Shown piece by piece: positions 59,837 through 64,000 of a DNA stretch of 64,000 nt. Position 1 is the stretch's first letter, and the number at the start of each line of letters is the position of its first letter. Origin of the DNA: Desulfomicrobium sp. (lineage in GTDB: Bacteria; Desulfobacterota; Desulfovibrionia; Desulfovibrionales; Desulfomicrobiaceae); contig JAXGMI010000001.1 of the NCBI GenBank assembly GCA_040768745.1, positions 352,001 through 416,000 on the forward strand. Reading direction: 5' to 3'. The notes beneath the pieces were generated by a model. That model was given only the letters and a program-made list of their open reading frames with translations, was not told where the DNA came from and did not search any database. A program made the position numbers and the translations under genes.

Positions 59837-60940
59837 TCAGGGTTCAAGCGCATAGTACATCCCGGGCAGCTGCTTCACAAGCCCCTGCAATTCCATGAAC
59901 AAAAGGGTGGAGCTGACCTTGTCCGCAGTCCATCCGGACAGGCGGATCAGGGCATCGATGTGAACCTGATCCTGGCCGCGCAGATGCTGAAAGAGAATGT
60001 GCTGGTCGGGATCGTCGGGCTCCACTGGGTGCGCAACGAAAGAATCGCGCTGCGCTGCCGGAGAAAATGCCAGGCGCACCTGCAGTTCGCGCAGGATGTC
60101 CTCCCCGCTCTGGACCAGACAGGCGCCCTGGCGGATCAGCTGATGGCAACCCTGGAAGGTTTTCATGGTGGCTGGGCCAGGCAGGGCGAAGACTTCGCGG
60201 TTTTGGGCCAGAGCCAGTTCCGCGGTGATCAGGCTGCCACTGCCCAAGGCCCCCTCCACGACCAGCACGCCGAGGGAGAGTCCACTGACGATACGGTTAC
60301 GGTGGGGGAAATTGACCCCCTCGGGCCGGGTGCCCGGCGCAAACTCGCTGACAATGAGGCCGCTGGCCGCAATGCGGCGCCACAGGTCCGTGTTGGCTGC
60401 CGGGTAGACGAGGTCTATACCTGTGCCCAGGACTGCGATGGTCGAGCCCACCTCGCCCAATGCACCCAGGTGGGCGGCCCGGTCGATGCCGAAGGCAAAT
60501 CCCGAGACCACGCAGACCCCGGCCCGGCTCAAATCGGAGGCAATGGACTCCGCCATCTGCAAGCCATAGCGGGAACACTGCCTGGATCCGACCATGGCCA
60601 CACACGGCCGGCCCAGCAGACCCAACTCCCCCTGATAATACAAAAAAAGAGGTGGGTCTGGAATCTGGCGCAGCAGTTCGGGATAGTCCCTGTCCGGAAA
60701 GCAGACGATCTGCAGCCCCAAATCCAGGGCTGCCTTGGCTTCCAGCCCGGCCTTTTCCTGCCACTGACCTACGCCGAACTCGGACTGCACCTTGAGGGGA
60801 ACCAATTCCCGGGCCGCCCAGCTCCGAAAATCGGCTGCAGCGGCCTTGGCGCTGCCGTATGCCGTCAGCAGCCGCTTCCACGTTCGGGGCCCCAGGCCGC
60901 GTGTGTGGCGCAGGGCCAGGGATGCGGAAAACTCATCCAC
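59837..60940 (-). CDS. dprA: DNA-processing protein DprA
   Basis: YPELLRQIPDPP, VGSR, VSGFAFGIDRAAH, FPHRNRIVSG, SGSLITA and C-terminal wHTH; GTG start. Confidence 0.95.
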   Translation of the reverse strand: MDEFSASLALRHTRGLGPRTWKRLLTAYGSAKAAAADFRSWAARELVPLKVQSEFGVGQWQEKAGLEAKAALDLGLQIVCFPDRDYPELLRQIPDPPLFLYYQGELGLLGRPCVAMVGSRQCSRYGLQMAESIASDLSRAGVCVVSGFAFGIDRAAHLGALGEVGSTIAVLGTGIDLVYPAANTDLWRRIAASGLIVSEFAPGTRPEGVNFPHRNRIVSGLSLGVLVVEGALGSGSLITAELALAQNREVFALPGPATMKTFQGCHQLIRQGACLVQSGEDILRELQVRLAFSPAAQRDSFVAHPVEPDDPDQHILFQHLRGQDQVHIDALIRLSGWTADKVSSTLLFMELQGLVKQLPGMYYALEP

Positions 60941-61772
60941 GTGCGACCACCTGCACGGCAGTTTCGCTGCGGCGGTCCAAATTCGCGCGGGCCTTGCGGC
61001 CAAGACGAGCGGCGGGGGCCCCGGGATAGCCGGCTTCGAGCCGATCCAGATAGGCCCTGGCCTGCTCGATCCGACCCTGGCGCATGGCGGCATAGGCCAA
61101 CTTCAGCAGGGCGTCGGGGCTCTTGGAGTGCCTGGGATAAAGCCGCACCACCTCCGCGAAGGATCGGCTGGCCTCTTCGTAATGGTGCTGGGCATACCAG
61201 GTCTCCCCTGTCCAGTAGAGGGCATTGGGCTTGAGCGGATGCGCGTGAAAACGGCGCGTGAACTGGCCGAAGAGTTCCCGGGAGCGAGCGAACTCGCCCT
61301 GCTCATAGTCCCGCAAGGCCTGGGCGTACAGCTTCTGTGGATCGAGGTTGTCAGCCGGGGCAGGCCGGGGCGGGGCTGCGGCCTGCCTGACCTGAGGCTG
61401 CGGGGATGATTTCTCCGCGAGGGCGTCCGGCTCCGGGACCGTGGCGTTGCCGGAAAGGACGGACTGGACAGGCCCGGAAGGCGGGGACAGACTTGGCGGC
61501 AGCTGGGCCACAACCACGTTGAAGTGACTGATGCGCCAGCTGCGCGAGACGGGCAGGCGCAGAATTCGGTGCGAAGGAGTCTCCAGATCGAGAATCAGGG
61601 TCCCCAACTCGGCCTGGATGGACTTGAGGCTGCGCAGAATTTCTCCGATCCGCACGTCCTGGAACCCGCCCGGGCTTTCTGGGCAGACCCCAAACCGGTT
61701 CCAGCCCATGCCGCCAAGCATGAGCACGACACCGGCAGCAATCCCGGCCAGAAACACCAGCGCTGCTTTCAT
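60933..61772 (-). CDS. Second YbgF-like TPR protein with N-terminal TM segment
   Basis: LYAQAL, PNALYWTGE, KSPDALLKLAY and YPGAPAA motifs. Confidence 0.75.
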   Translation of the reverse strand: MKAALVFLAGIAAGVVLMLGGMGWNRFGVCPESPGGFQDVRIGEILRSLKSIQAELGTLILDLETPSHRILRLPVSRSWRISHFNVVVAQLPPSLSPPSGPVQSVLSGNATVPEPDALAEKSSPQPQVRQAAAPPRPAPADNLDPQKLYAQALRDYEQGEFARSRELFGQFTRRFHAHPLKPNALYWTGETWYAQHHYEEASRSFAEVVRLYPRHSKSPDALLKLAYAAMRQGRIEQARAYLDRLEAGYPGAPAARLGRKARANLDRRSETAVQVVARG

Positions 61773-61937
61773 CCCTTCTCCACCTTCGTATGGCGCGACC
61801 AACATCACCGCATAGGGGAGAACCCGGGAATTTTCAAGTCAGGCCTGCCTTGCCTCCAGCGTGCTTTTGGGGCAGATAGCCCGCATCCGGCCGGACCATT
61901 CCCGAGCCGCACAACGACTGCATGCGCGAGGTTTTTT

Positions 61938-62903
61938 ATGGTCCTCTCCATCCCGTCCTGGGCCTTTGCCCTCCTCCCTCTGGCTTTCTTCGTGGCCGCG
62001 CTGTTCTGGGGCGCCCCGGCCGTGGCCCTGGTCAGCGAGCTCATCGGCGCCGTCACCGGCAAGCCCTTTCCGGCCCGCTGTGCCCGCCAGATTTCAGCGC
62101 TGGCCGTGCGTGGTCATGCCCTGGGCTGGATGTGCGTGCTGATCGCAGGCGGCGTGCTCTGGTCTGGCTCTTTCTGGCAATCCCCCTGGGCGACAGGGAA
62201 CCGCTTGATGCTTATCCTCGCCATGGCCCTGCCACTCTGTGGCACGCTGGCCCTGGTGGCCTATGATCTGGGATGGAAGGGGGCGCGGGAGCGCAGACTT
62301 TTTCACATCCTGCTCGGATGCGTGGCCAACGTGCCCATCAAGTACGGATATTGGGGTCTGGCGGGATTGGCCCTGCTCGCCTTTCGAGACCTGCCCCCTG
62401 GGCACCCTGCCTTCTTGCCCCCGGCCAGTTCGCCCCTGTGGCCGCTGTTCGGGCTATGGATGCCCCTGTCCCTCTGCCTCGCCGGCGGACTTGGCCTTGG
62501 ATATCTGGTCCTGCGCCGGAACAAGGATGACTGGGGGCGGGACTACTACCGATATGCCGCCCCGTTTCTTGGCAAATGGCAGATTGCCGGCGGATTGATG
62601 ACCCTGGCCATGCTCGTGTGGCTGTTTGTCAGCCTGCAGGGCGTGTTCAACCTCTTTCTGCCCCGCATTTTCTATCCCGGCCTTGGCAGCGCCATCTGTC
62701 TGGTTCTGGCCATGGCCCTGTCCCTGGTGCTGTGCTGCAGTGAAAATCCCATGCGGCTCAAGGGTTCCATGGCCGGCATCATCGCGTTGTGCTATCTGCA
62801 TTGCGCCCTGCTCGTGGCTGCAATCTGCGAGACCTTGACCCGCTATGTCCCGGGCTGGTCTCTGCCAACCTTCGTGCCCGATCTGCTGCAGCTTGTCGGG
62901 TAG
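61938..62903 (+). CDS. Hypothetical multi-pass membrane protein
   Basis: About 8 hydrophobic segments and a charged loop LRRNKDDWGRDYY. Confidence 0.75.
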   Translation: MVLSIPSWAFALLPLAFFVAALFWGAPAVALVSELIGAVTGKPFPARCARQISALAVRGHALGWMCVLIAGGVLWSGSFWQSPWATGNRLMLILAMALPLCGTLALVAYDLGWKGARERRLFHILLGCVANVPIKYGYWGLAGLALLAFRDLPPGHPAFLPPASSPLWPLFGLWMPLSLCLAGGLGLGYLVLRRNKDDWGRDYYRYAAPFLGKWQIAGGLMTLAMLVWLFVSLQGVFNLFLPRIFYPGLGSAICLVLAMALSLVLCCSENPMRLKGSMAGIIALCYLHCALLVAAICETLTRYVPGWSLPTFVPDLLQLVG

Positions 62904-62919
62904 CCAACCCGGCAACGAC

Positions 62920-63357
62920 TCAGCTGTCGCTGTCCTGCTGCAACTGGTGCCGGTGGTTCGTCCATAGATTCCAGAGGGTGCCCTTGGACCACTGACCCTG
63001 GCTGGACAGGGTGGGCACGCCTTCGGCCTGGAATATCTCGCAGATGCGGGCGAAGGAGAGACCCCGGTTCCGCAGGTCGCGGATGCGTTCGAGCACGGCA
63101 CGCTTATGGCCGGAAAGGAGGCGGGGGCTGGAGCGCCGGGGCTCTTCCTTCTGCCGGTTGGTGCTCTCGGTCAGGGATTCGAGGAGGGCGATCAGGTCGG
63201 TGATCCGATCCCCCTGCTCGCGCAGCATGGTCTTCATTTCGGCCATCTCGGCCCGCAGGTGATCGAGAGAGGCCCGATCCCGCTCGACCAGCCTGGACAG
63301 GGCCTCGTCGCGGATGCCCCGGGCCCGCTGGCGCGCCTCGTCGGCGGGGCGGGTCAC
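62920..63357 (-). CDS. Coiled-coil protein with C-terminal recombinase-type DNA-binding domain
   Basis: RIRDLRNRGLSFARICEIFQAEGVPTLSSQGQWSKGTLWNL resembles serine-recombinase DNA-binding domains; no catalytic domain. Confidence 0.65.
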   Translation of the reverse strand: MTRPADEARQRARGIRDEALSRLVERDRASLDHLRAEMAEMKTMLREQGDRITDLIALLESLTESTNRQKEEPRRSSPRLLSGHKRAVLERIRDLRNRGLSFARICEIFQAEGVPTLSSQGQWSKGTLWNLWTNHRHQLQQDSDS

Positions 63358-63508
63358 GACCTTCCCCCCGCGTCAACCCCTTCGAACGGCGGCCACGGGG
63401 CGTGCGCTGACCCGCGCTGATCCGCGGCAGAGTGGGACACGTGGACGTCGAAGAAAACCATGTCACTCCGTGATCCGCCGAGACGGCGGAGTTTTCAGGA
63501 CGATAATC

Positions 63509-64000
63509 CTATGGTTGAGCCGTCCAGAGGGTCCCGACCCGGACCACCTGGATAAGGCTCTGCCGGCCAAGACGCTGTTTCAGGTATTCCTTGAAGGCCA
63601 CCTTGACCATCTCTTCCCGGCTCATGTTGCGCAGATAGTCGCCCGAGGCCAGGAGCTTCCGAAACGTTCCCGTCAAGGACGAACTCCCCTCGCCGCGGGC
63701 GAGGGCCTCAAGGTAGGGGGCGACTGTGGCGCGCAGGCTTTCCGCGCTGTCCGCCAGCAGGTCACGGTACATGGCCGCCAGCTCCTTGGCTCCGGGCAGG
63801 CGCGGAGATTCGAGCACGGTTTTGAAATCCGAGGCGAAACGCTTGATGCCGTTGATGATGTGACTGGCCTTGACCATGTTCATCCCGGCCCATCCGGCGT
63901 TGAGCCATTTGAAGGACCCCACCCGAACAATGCCTGCGGCGTCATCGGCCACGAAAACAAGGACGGAGTGGGCATTGTACATGTAGGAATCCACCCAGCC
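63509..64000 (-). CDS. C-terminal part of a hypothetical protein (begins beyond the window)
   Basis: Frame open to the window edge with host-like codon usage; no recognisable family. Confidence 0.6.
   Translation of the reverse strand, partial: GWVDSYMYNAHSVLVFVADDAAGIVRVGSFKWLNAGWAGMNMVKASHIINGIKRFASDFKTVLESPRLPGAKELAAMYRDLLADSAESLRATVAPYLEALARGEGSSSLTGTFRKLLASGDYLRNMSREEMVKVAFKEYLKQRLGRQSLIQVVRVGTLWTAQP

Noticed and set aside
1..64000. CRISPR arrays, tRNA/rRNA genes, IS transposases
   Set aside because: No regularly spaced repeats, tRNA cloverleaf motifs or transposase ORFs were found by eye in the intergenic gaps or the ORF track.

Overview
GC-rich, gene-dense bacterial chromosome segment. 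Gene content (PxxKW Cys-rich protein, AOR plus 4Fe-4S partner, NIL-ferredoxin, ileS-lspA-lgt-ybgF, dprA-HDOD-GGDEF-xerC, PEP-synthase-like protein beside HK/RR genes) suggests a Desulfovibrionales sulfate reducer, possibly Desulfomicrobium-like (inference). Most of it is housekeeping or signalling: mnmG, pepA, thpR, glcB, infA, rnk, galE, ileS, lspA, lgt, xerC and dprA. One accessory block (about 32.2-40.3 kb) carries a Type III R-M system with dinD between mod and res. It is preceded by a 69-bp diverged duplicate of a host gene 3' end and followed by a broken rhodanese gene whose in-frame TGA lies at a Cys-aligned position (probable selenocysteine). Other notable signals: a phosphorelay cluster with no DNA-binding output (2 HK, 2 stand-alone REC, REC-CBS) divergent from a truncated PEP-synthase-like phospho-His protein; a LapG/BTLCP-like protein with Ser in place of the catalytic Cys; a 177-nt rod-shaped hairpin between thpR and pepA; a structured rnk leader; and a FadR-type operator on the glcB promoter. 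No rRNA, tRNA, CRISPR array or transposase was seen. All family calls come from manual motif reading, not database searches, and many start codons were re-chosen by eye.
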